From Eledone cirrhosa (taxonomy: Eukaryota): DNA of 64,000 nt. The stretch spans positions 254,510,001 to 254,574,000 of the forward strand of contig OZ024741.1 in the NCBI GenBank assembly GCA_964016885.1, given 5' to 3'. The notes beneath the pieces were generated by a model. That model worked only from the letters and a program-made list of their open reading frames with translations. It was not told the origin of the DNA and did not search any database. Positions 12,601 through 25,610 of this stretch are shown one piece after another (position 1 is the first letter of the stretch; each line of letters begins with the position of its first letter). A program made the position numbers and the translations under genes.

Positions 12601-15600
12601 TGACACAGAAAACAGCAACAACTACAACAACACTGGCACTGACACAGAAAACAGCAACAACAACAACACTGGTACTGATAGAGAAAACAGCAACAACAAC
12701 AACACTGGCACTGACAGAGAAAACAGCAACAACAACAACACCGGCACTGACACAGAAAACAGCAACAACTACAACAACACTGGCACGGAAAACAGCAACA
12801 ACAGCAACAACAACACTGGCACTGACACAGAAAACAGCAACAACCGTGGCACTGACACAGAAATCAGCAACAACAGCAACAATAACACTGGCACTGGCAC
12901 AGGAAACAGCAACAGCAACACTGGAACTGACACAGAAAACAGCAACAGTAACAACAACAACACTGGCACTGACACAGAAAACAGCAACAACAACAACACT
13001 GGCACTGACAGTGAAAATAGCAACAGCAACAACACTGGCACTGACAGTGAAAATAGCAACAGCAACAACACTGGCACTGACAGAGAAAACAGCAACAACA
13101 ACAACACTGGCACTGACACAGAAAACAGCAACAACAACAACACTGTCACTGACAGAGAAAACAGCAACAACTACAACACTGGCACTGACAGAGAAAGCAG
13201 CAACAACAACAACAACACTGGCACTGACAGAGAAAACAGCAACAGCTACAACAACACTGGCACTGACACAGAAAACAACAACAACTACAACAACACTGGC
13301 ACTGACAGAGAAAACAGCAACAACTACAACAACACTGACACTGACAGAGAAAACAACAACAACAGCAACAACACTGGCACTGACACAGAAAACAGCAACA
13401 ACTACAACAACACTGGCACTGGCAGAGAAAACAGCAACAACGACAAACACACTGGCACTGACAGAGAAAACAGCAACAACTACAACAACACTGGCACTGA
13501 CACAGAAAACAGCAACAACTTCAACAACACTGGCACTGACAGAGAAAACAGCAACAACAACAACACTGGCACTGACACAGAAAACAGCAACAACTACAAC
13601 AACACTGGCACTGACAGAGAAAACAGCAACAACTACAACAACACTGGCACTGACACAGAAAACAGCAACAACAACAACACTGGCACTGACACAGAAAACA
13701 GCAACAACTACAACAACACTGGCACTGACAGAGAAAACAGCAACAACAACAACAACACTGGCACTGACAGAGAAAACAGCAACAACTACAACAACACTGG
13801 CACTGACAGAGAAAACAGCAACAACTACAACAACACTGGCACTGACACAGAAAACAGCAACAACTACAACAACAGTGGCACTGACAGAGAAAACAGCAAC
13901 AACAACAACACTGGCACTGACAGAGAAAACAGCAACAACAACAACACTGGCACTGACAGAGAAAACAGCAACAACAACAACACCGGCACTGACACAGAAA
14001 ACAGCAACAACTACAACAACACTGGCACTGACAGAGAAAACAGCAACAACTACAACAACACTGGCACTGACAGAGAAAACAGCAACAACAACAACACTGG
14101 CACTGACACAGAAAACAACAACGACAACAGTGGCACTGACACAGAAAACAGCAACAACAGCAACAATAACACTGGCACTGAAAACAGCAACAGCAACAAC
14201 AACAACAACACTGGAACTGACACAGAAAACAGCAACAGTAACAACAACAACACTGGCACTGACACAGAAAACAGCAACAGCAAGAACACTGGCACTGACA
14301 CAGAAAACAGCAACAACTACAACAACACTGGCACGGAAAACAGCAACAACAGCAACAACAACACTGGCACTGACACAGAAAACAGCAACAACAGCAACAA
14401 CAACACTGGCACTGACACAGAAAACAGCAACAACAGCAACAACAGTGGCACTGACACAGAAAACAGCAACAACAGCAACAATAACACTGGCACTTGCACA
14501 GAAAACAGCAACAGTAACAACAACACTGGCACTGACACAGAAAACAGCAACAGTAACAACAACAACACTGGCACTCACACAGAAAACAGCAACAACAACA
14601 ACACTGGCACTGACACAGAAAACAGCAACAACAACAACACTGGCACTGACAGTGAAAATAGCAACAACAACAACACTGGCACTGACAGAGAAAACAGCAA
14701 CAACAACAACAACACTGGCACTGACAGAGAAAACAGCAACAACTACAACACTGGCACTGACAGAGAAAACAGCAACAACAACAACACTGGCACTGACACA
14801 GAAAACAGCAACAACTACAACAACACTGGCACTGACAGAGAAAACAGCAACAACTACAACAACACTGGCACTGACACAGAAAACAGCAATAACTACAAAA
14901 ACACTGGCACTGACACAGAAAACAGCAACAACTACAACAACACTGGCACTGACACAGAAAACAGCAACAACAACAACACTGGCACTGACACAGAAAACAG
15001 CAACAACAACAACACTGGCACTGACAGAGAAAACAGCAACAACAACAACACTGGCACTGACAGAGAAAACAGCAACAACAACAACACCGGCACTGACACA
15101 GAAAACAGCAACAACTACAACCACACTGGCACTGACAGAGAAAACAGCAACAACTACAACAACACTGGCACTGACAGAGAAAACAGCAACAACTACAACA
15201 ACACTGGCACTGACACAGAAAACAGCAACAACTACAACAACAGTGGCACTGACAGAGAAAACAACAACAACAACAACACTGGCACTGACAGAGAAAACAG
15301 TAACAACAACAACACTGGCACTGACAGAGAAAACAGCAACAACAACAACACCGGCACTGACACAGAAAACAGCAACAACTACAACAACACTGGCACTGAC
15401 AGAGAAAACAGCAACAACTACAACAACACTGGCACTGACAGAGAAAACAGCAACAACAACAACACTGGCACTGACACAGAAAACAGCAACAACAACAGTG
15501 GCACTGACACAGAAAACAGCAACAACAGCAACAATAACACTGGCACTGAAAACAGCAACAGCAACAACAACAACAACACTGGAACTGACACAGAAAACAG

Positions 15601-18600
15601 CAACAGTAACAACAACAACACTGGCACTGACACAGAAAACAGCAACAGCAAGAACACTGGCACTGACACAGAAAACAGCAACAACTACAACAACGCTGGC
15701 ACGGAAAACAGCAACAACAGCAACAACAACACTGGCACTGACACAGAAAACAGCAACAACAACACTGGCACTGACACAGAAAACAGCAACAACAGCAACA
15801 ACAGTGGCACTGACACAGAAAACGGCAACAACAGCAACAATAACACTGGCACTGGCACAGAAAACAGCAACAGTAACAACAACAACACTGGCACTGACAC
15901 AGAAAACAGCAACAGTAACAACAACAACACTGGCACTGACACAGAAAACAGCAACAACAACAACACTGGCACTGACACAGAAAACAGCAACAACAACAAC
16001 ACTGGCACTGACAGTGAAAATAGCAACAACAACAACACTGGCACTGACAGAGAAAACAGCAACAACAACAACAACATTGGCACTGACAGAGAAAACAGCA
16101 ACAACTAAAACACTGGCACTGACAGAGAAAACAGCAACAACAACAACATTGGCACTGACACAGAAAACAGCAACAACTACAACAACACTGGCACTGGCAG
16201 AGGAAACAGCAACAACTACAACAACACTGGCACTCACAGAGAAAACAGCAACAACTACAACAACACTGGCACTGACACAGAAAACAGCAACAACTACAAC
16301 AACACTGGCACTGACACAGAAAACAGCAACAACTACAACAACACTGGCACTGACAGAGAAAACAGCAACAACAACAACACTGGCACTGACACAGAAAACA
16401 GCAACAACAACAACACTGGCACTGACAGAGAAAACAGCAACAACAACAACACTTGCACTGACACAGAAAACAGCAACAACAACAACACTGGCACTGACAG
16501 AGAAAACAGCAACAACAACAACACCGGCACTGACACATAAAACAGCAACAACTACAACAACACTGGCACTGACAGAGAAAACAGCAACAACTACAACAAC
16601 ACTGGCACTGACAGAGAAAACAGCAACAACAACAACACTGGCACTGACACAGAAAACAGCAACAACTACAACACTGGCACTGACAGAGAAAACAGCAACA
16701 ACTACAACAACACTGGCACTGACAGAGAAAACAGCAACAGCAACAACACTGGCACTGACACAGAAAACAGCAACAACAGCAACAACAACACTGGGACTGA
16801 CACAGAAAACATAAACAACAGCAATAACAATGGCACTGACACAGAAAACAGCAACAACAACAACACTGGCACTGACAGAGAAAACAGCAACAACAACACT
16901 GGCAGTGACAGAGAAAACAGCAACAACAACAACACTGGCACTGACACAGAAAACAGCAACAACAACAGTGGCACTGACACAGAAAACAGCAACAACTACA
17001 ACAACACTGGCACTGACAGAGAAAACAGCAACAACAACAACACTGGCACTGACACAGAAAACAGCAACAACTACAACAACACTGGCACTGACAGAGAAAA
17101 CAGCAACAACTACAACAACACTGGCACCTACAGAGAAAACAGCAACAACTACAACAACACTGGCACTGACACAGAAAACAGCAACAACTACAACAACACT
17201 GGCACTGACACAGAAAACAGCAACAACAACAACACTGGCACTGACAGAGAAAACAGCAACAACTACAACAACACTGGCACTGACAGAGAAAACAGCAACA
17301 ACAACAACACTGGCACTGACACAGAAAACAGCAACAACTACAACAACACTGGCACTGACAGAGAAAACAGCAACAACTACAACAACACTGGCACTGACAG
17401 AGAAAACAGCAACAGCAACAACACTGGCACTGACACAGAAAACAGCAACAACAGCAACAACAACACTGGCACTGACACAGAAAACAGCAACAACAGCAAC
17501 AACAACACTGGCACTGACACAGAAAACAGCAACAACAACAACACTGGCACTGACAGAGAAAACAGCAACAACAACACTGGCACTGACAGAGAAAACAGCA
17601 ACAACAACAACACTGGCACTGACAGAGAAAACAGCAACAACAACAGTTGCACTGACACAGAAAACAGCAACAACTACAACAACACTGGCACTGACACAGA
17701 AAACAACAACAACAACACTGGCACTGATACAGAAAACAGAAACAACTACAACAACACTGGCACTGACAGAGAAAGCAGCAACAACTACAACCACACTGGC
17801 ACTGACAGAGAAAACAGCAGCAGCAACAACACTGGCACTGACACAGAAAACAGCAACAACTACAACAACACTGGCACTGACAGAGAAAACAGCAACAACT
17901 ACAACAACACTGGCACTGACAGAGAAAACAACAACAACTACAACAACACTGGCACTGACACAGAAAACAGCAACAACTACAACAACACTGGCACTGACAC
18001 AGAAAACAGCAACAACAACAACACTGGTACTGATAGAGAAAACAGCAACAACAACAACACTGGCACTGACAGAGAAAACAGCAACAACAACAACACCGGC
18101 ACTGACACAGAAAACAGCAACAACTACAACAACACTGGCACGGAAAACAGCAACAACAGCAACAACAACACTGGCACTGACACAGAAAACAGCAACAACA
18201 GCAACAACACTGGCACTGACACAGAAAACAGCAACAACCGTGGCACTGACACAGAAAACAGCAACAACAGCAACAATAACACTGGCACTGGCACAGAAAA
18301 CAGCAACAGCAACACTGGAACTGACACAGAAAACAGCAACAGTAACAACAACAACACTGGCACTGACACAGAAAACAGCAACAACAACAACACTGGCACT
18401 GACAGTGAAAATAGCAACAGCAACAACACTGGCACTGACAGTGAAAACAGCAACAGCAACAACACTGGCGCTGACAGAGAAAACAGCAACAACAACAACA
18501 CTGGCACCGACACAGAAAACAGCAACAACAACAACACTGGCACTGACAGAGAAAACACCAACAACTACAACACTGGCACTGACAGAGAAAACAGCAACAA

Positions 18601-20135
18601 CAACACTGGCAGTGACAGAGAAAACAGCAACAACAACAACACTGGCACTGACACAGAAAACAGCAACAACAACAGTGGCACTGACACAGAAAACAGCAAC
18701 AACTACAACAACACTGGCACTGACAGAGAAAACAGCAACAACAACAACACTGGCACTGACACAGAAAACAGCAACAACTACAACAACACTGGCACTGACA
18801 GAGAAAACAGCAACAACTACAACAACACTGGCACTGACAGAGAAAACAGCAACAACTACAACAACACTGGCACTGACACAGAAAACAGCAACAACTACAA
18901 CAACACTGGCACTGACACAGAAAACAGCAACAACAACAACACTGGCACTGACAGAGAAAACAGCAACAACTACAACAACACTGGCACTGACAGAGAAAAC
19001 AGCAACAACAAAAACACTGGCACTGACACAGAAAACAGCAACAACTACAACAACACTGGCACTGACAGAGAAAACAGCAACAACTACAACAACACTGGCA
19101 CTGACAGAGAAAACAGCAACAGCAACAACACTGGCACTGACACAGAAAACAGCAACAACAGCAACAACAACACTGGCACTGACACAGAAAACAGCAACAA
19201 CAGCAACAACAACACTGGCACTGACACAGAAAACAGCAACAACAACAACACTGGCACTGACAGAGAAAACAGCAACAACAACACTGGCACTGACAGAGAA
19301 AACAGCAACAACAACAACACTGGCACTGACACAGAGAACAGCAACAACAACAGTGGCACTGACACAGAAAACAGCAACAACTACAACAACACTGGCACTG
19401 ACACAGAAAACAACAACAACAACACTGGCACTGATACAGAAAAGAGAAACAACTACAACAACAATGGCACTGACAGAGAAAGCAGCAACAACTACAACAA
19501 CACTGGCACTGACAGAGAAAACAGCAACAGCAACAACACTGGCACTGTCACAGAAAACAGCAACAACTACAACAACATTGGCACTGACAGAGAAAACAGC
19601 AACAACTACAACAACACTGGCACTGACAGAGAAAACAGCAACAACTACAACAACACTGGCACTGACACAGAAAACAGCAACAACTACAACAACACTGGCA
19701 CTGACACAGAAAACAGCAACAACAACAACACTGGTACTGATAGAGAAAACAGCAACAACAACAACACTGGCACTGACAGAGAAAACAGCAACAACAAAAA
19801 CAGCGGCACTGACACAGAAAACAGCAACAACTACAACAACACTGGCACGGAAAACAGCAACAACAGCAACAACAACACAGCACTGACACAGAAAACAGCA
19901 ACAACAGCAACAACACTGGCACTGACACAGAAAACAGCAACAACCGTGGCACTGACACAGAAAACAGCAACAACAGCAACAATAACACTGGCACTGGCAC
20001 AGAAAACAGCAACAGCAACACTGGAACTGACACAGAAAACAGCAACAGTAACAACAACATCACTGGCACTGACACAGAAAACAGCAACAACAACAACACT
20101 GGCACTGACAGTGAAAATAGCAACAGCAACAACAC
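7015..20135 (+). repeat. Dispersed duplication, offset 10,233 bp: ~7015-9900 matches ~17250-20135; each copy has an internal ~1,707-bp period
   Basis: ORF pairs 7144/17377, 7891/18124, 8851/19084 and 9713/19946 all differ by 10233. Pairs 7144/8851 and 17377/19084 differ by 1707. Shared private variants: ACAGCAGCAGCA, ACTACAACCACA, CTGTCACAG, ACAAAAACAGCG. Confidence 0.88.
13760..16120 (+). repeat. ~1,368-bp-offset duplication (approximate bounds)
   Basis: ORFs 14050..14316 and 15418..15684 are nearly identical. Both copies carry the CTGGCACTGAAAACAGC unit (6-bp deletion) and the GCAAGAACA variant. Confidence 0.8.
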
Positions 20136-23100
20136 TGGCACTGACAGAGAAAACAGCAACAACAACAACACTGGCACCGACACAGAAAACAGCAACAACA
20201 ACAACACTGGCACTGACAGAGAAAACAGCAACAACTACAACACTGGCACTGACAGAGAAAGCAGCAACAACAACAACAACACTGGCACTGACAGAGAAAA
20301 CAGCAACAACTACAACAACACTGGCACTGACACAGAAAACAACAACAACTACAACAACACTGGCACTGACAGAGAAAACAGCAACAACTACAACAACACT
20401 GACACTGACAGAGAAAACAACAACAACAGCAACAACACTGGCACTGACACAGAAAACAGCAACAACTACAACAACACTGGCACTGGCAGAGAAAACAGCA
20501 ACAACTACAACAACACTGGCACTGACAGAGAAAACAGCAACAACTACAACAACACTGGCACTGACACAGAAAACAGCAACAACTACAACAACAATGGCAC
20601 TGACACAGAAAACAGCAACAACTTCAACAACACTGGCACTGACAGAGAAAACAGCAACAACAACAACACTGGCACTGACACAAAAAACAGCAACAACTAC
20701 AACAACACTGGCACTGACAGAGAAAAGAGCAACAACTACAACAACACTGGCACTGACAGAGAAAACAGCAACAACTACAACAACACTGGCACTGACACAG
20801 AAAACAGCAACAACTACAACACTGGCACTGACACAGAAAACAGCAACAACTACAACAACACTGGCACTGACAGAGAAAGCAGCAACAACTACAACAACAC
20901 TGGCACTGACAGAGAAAACAGCAACAGCAACAACACTGGCACTGACACAGAAAACAGCAACAACTACAACAACACTGGCACTGACAGAGAAAACAGCAAC
21001 AACTACAACAACACTGGCACTGACAGAGAAAACAACAACAACTACAACAACACTGGCACTGACACAGAAAACAGCAACAACTACAACAACACTGGCACTG
21101 ACACAGAAAACAGCAACAACAACAACACTGGTACTGATAGAGAAAACAGCAACAACAACAACACTGGCACTGACAGAGAAAACAGCAACAACAACAACAC
21201 CGGCACTGACACAGAAAACAGCAACAACTACAACAACACTGGCACGGAAAACAGCAACAACAGCAACAACAACACTGGCACTGACACAGAAAACAGCAAC
21301 AACAGCAACAACACTGGCACTGACACAGAAAACAGCAACAACCGTGGCACTGACACAGAAAACAGCAACAACAGCAACAATAACACTGGCACTGGCACAG
21401 AAAACAGCAACAGCAACACTGGAACTGACACAGAAAACAGCAACAGTAACAACAACAACACTGGCACTGACACAGAAAACAGCAACAACAACAACACTGG
21501 CACTGACAGTGAAAATAGCAACAGCAACAACACTGGCACTGACAGTGAAAACAGCAACAGCAACAACACTGGCGCTGACAGAGAAAACAGCAACAACAAC
21601 AACACTGGCACCGACACAGAAAACAGCAACAACAACAACACTGGCACTGACAGAGAAAACACCAACAACTACAACACTGGCACTGACAGAGAAAACAGCA
21701 ACAACAACACTGGCAGTGACAGAGAAAACAGCAACAACAACAACACTGGCACTGACACAGAAAACAGCAACAACAACAGTGGCACTGACACAGAAAACAG
21801 CAACAACTACAACAACACTGGCACTGACAGAGAAAACAGCAACAACAACAACACTGGCACTGACACAGAAAACAGCAACAACTACAACAACACTGGCACT
21901 GACAGAGAAAACAGCAACAACTACAACAACACTGGCACTGACAGAGAAAACAGCAACAACTACAACAACACTGGCACTGACACAGAAAACAGCAACAACT
22001 ACAACAACACTGGCACTGACACAGAAAACAGCAACAACAACAACACTGGCACTGACAGAGAAAACAGCAACAACTACAACAACACTGGCACTGACAGAGA
22101 AAACAGCAACAACAACAACACTGGCACTGACACAGAAAACAGCAACAACTACAACAACACTGGCACTGACAGAGAAAACAGCAACAACTACAACAACACT
22201 GGCACTGACAGAGAAAACAGCAACAGCAACAACACTGGCACTGACACAGAAAACAGCAACAACAGCAACAACAACACTGGCACTGACACAGAAAACAGCA
22301 ACAACAACAACACTGGCACTGACAGAGAAAACAGCAACAACAACACTGGCACTGACAGAGAAAACAGCAACAACAACAACACTGGCACTGACACAGAAAA
22401 CAGCAACAACAACAGTGGCACTGACACAGAAAACAGCAACAACTACAACAACGCTGGCACTGACACAGAAAACAACAACAACAACACTGGCACTGATACA
22501 GAAAAGAGAAACAACTACAACAACAATGGCACTGACAGAGAAAGCAGCAACAACTACAACAACACTGGCACTGACAGAGAAAACAGCAACAGCAACAACA
22601 CTGGCACTGACACAGAAAACAGCAACAACTACAACAACACTGGCACTGACAGAGAAAACAGCAACAACTACAACAACACTGGCACTGACAGAGAAAACAG
22701 CAACAACTACAACAACACTGGCACTGACACAGAAAACAGCAACAACTACAACAACACTGGCACTGACACCGAAAACAGCAACAACAACAACACTGGTACT
22801 GATAGAGAAAACAGCAACAACAACAACACTGGCACTGACAGAGAAAACAGCAACAACAACAACAGCGGCACTGACACAGAAAACAGCAACAACTACAACA
22901 ACACTGGCACGGAAAACAGCAACAACAGCAACAACAACACAGCACTGACACAGAAAACAGCAACAACAGCAACAACACTGGCACTGACACAGAAAACAGC
23001 AACAACCGTGGCACTGACACAGAAAACAGCAACAACAGCAACAATAACACTGGCACTGGCACAGAAAACAGCAACAGCAACACTGGAACTGACACAGAAA

Positions 23101-24679
23101 AGAGCAACAGTAACAACAACAACACTGGCACTGACACAGAAAACAGCAACAACAACAACACTGGCACTGACAGTGAAAATAGCAACAGCAACAACACTGG
23201 CACTGACAGTGAAAATAGCAACAGCAACAACACTGGCACTGACAGAGAAAACAGCAACAACAACAACACTGGCACCGACACAGAAAACAGCAACAACAAC
23301 AACACTGGCACTGACAGAGAAAACAGCAACAACTACAACACTGGCACTGACAGAGAAAGCAGCAACAACAACAACAACACTGGCACTGACAGAGAAAACA
23401 GCAACAACTACAACAACACTGGCACTGACACAGAAAACAACAACAACTACAACAACACTGACACTGACAGAGAAAACAACAACAACAGCAAGAACACTGG
23501 CACTGACACAGATAACAGCAACAACTACAACAACACTGGCACTGGCAGAGAAAACAGCAACAACTACAACAACACTGGCACTGACAGAGAAAACAGCAAC
23601 AACTACAACAACACTGGCACTGACACAGAAAACAGCAACAACTACAACAACACTGGCACTGACACAGAAAACAGCAACAACTTCAACAACACTGGCACTG
23701 ACAGAGAAAACAGCAACAACAACAACACTGGCACTGACACAAAAAACAGCAACAACTACAACAACACTGGCACTGACAGAGAAAACAGCAACAACTACAA
23801 CAACACTGGCACTGACAGAGAAAACAGCAACAACTACAACAACACTGGCACTGACACAGAAAACAGCAACAACTACAACACTGGCACTGACACAGAAAAC
23901 AGCAACAACTACAACAACACTGGCACTGACAGAGAAAACAGCAACAACTACAACAACACTGGCACTGACACAGAAAACAGCAACAACAACAACACTGGCA
24001 CTGACACAGAAAACAGCAACAACTACAACAACACTGGCACTGACAGAGAAAACAGCAACAACAACAACAACACTGGCACTGACAGAGAAAACAGCAACAA
24101 CTACAACAACACTGGCACTGACACAGAAAACAGCAACAACTACAACAACACTGGCACTGACACAGAAAACAGCAACAACTACAACAACAGTGGCACAGAC
24201 AGAGAAAACAGCAACAACAACAACACTGGCACTGACAGAGAAAACAGCAACAACAACAACACTGGCACTGACAGAGAAAACAGCAACAACAACAACACCG
24301 GCACTGACACAGAAAACAGCAACAACTACAACAACACTGGCACTGACAGAGAAAACAGCAACAACTACAACAACACTGGCACTGACAGAGAAAACAGCAA
24401 CAACAACAACACTGGCACTGACATAGAAAACAGCAACAACAACAGTGGCACTGACACAGAAAACTGTAACAACAGCAACAATAACACTGGCACTGAAAAC
24501 AGCGACAGCAACAACAACAACAACACTGGAACTGACACAGAAAACAGCAACAGTAACAACAACAACACTGGCACTGACACAGAAAACAGCAACAGCAAGA
24601 ACACTGGCACTGACACAGAAAACAGCAACAACTACAACAACACTGGCACGGAAAACAGCAACAACAGCAACAACAACAC

Positions 24680-25610
24680 TGGCACTGACACAGAAAACAG
24701 CAACAACAGCAACAACAACACCGGCACTGACACAGAAAACAGCAACAACAGCAACAACAGTGGCACTGGCACAGAAAACAGCAACAACAGCAACAATAAC
24801 ACTGGCACTGGCACAGAAAACAGCAACAGTAACAACAACAACACTGGCACTGACACAGAAAACAGCAACAGTAACAACAACAACACTGGCACTGACACAG
24901 AAAACAGCAACAACAACAACACTGGCACTGACACAGAAAACAGCAACAACAACAACACTGGCACTGACAGTGAAAATAGCAACAACAACAACACTGGCAC
25001 TGACAGAGAAAACCGCAACAACAACAAAAACACTGGCACTGACAGAGAAAACAGCAACAACTACAACACTGGCACTGACAGAGAAAACAGCAACAACAAC
25101 AACACTGGCACTGACAGAGAAAACAGCAACAACTACAACAACACTGGCACTGACACAGAAAACAGCAACAACAGCAACAACAACACCGGCACTGACACAG
25201 AAAACAGCAACAACAGCAACAACAGTGGCACTGGCACAGAAAACAGCAACAACAGCAACAATAACACTGGCACTGGCACAGAAAACAGCAACAGTAACAA
25301 CAACAACACTGGCACTGACACAGAAAACAGCAACAGTAACAACAACAACACTGGCACTGACACAGAAAACAGCAACAACAACAACACTGGCACTGACACA
25401 GAAAACAGCAACAACAACAACACTGGCACTGACAGTGAAAATAGCAACAACAACAACACTGGCACTGACAGAGAAAACCGCAACAACAACAAAAACACTG
25501 GCACTGACAGAGAAAACAGCAACAACTACAACACTGGCACTGACAGAGAAAACAGCAACAACAACAACACTGGCACTGACAGAGAAAACAGCAACAACTA
25601 CAACAACACT
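24680..25610 (+). repeat. 465-bp tandem duplication (approximate bounds)
   Basis: Minus-strand ORF starts at 25060 and 25525. The private unit AAAACCGCAACAACAACAAAAACACTGG occurs at ~25010 and ~25475. Confidence 0.85.

Larger units (their letters stand above)
1..12678 (+). repeat. Higher-order duplication, offset 8,553 bp: 1-4125 matches 8554-12678 (left copy truncated by the window edge)
   Basis: ORF pairs have identical translations at offset 8553 (298/8851, 762/9315, 1160/9713, 1360/9913, 1873/10426, 2813/11366). Shared private variants: GGCATTGAC ~272/8825, GGCCCTGAC ~911/9464, CTGCACTGA 1349/9902, AAAACACAAC ~3560/12113. The first mismatch seen is 4126 C vs 12679 T. Confidence 0.93.
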
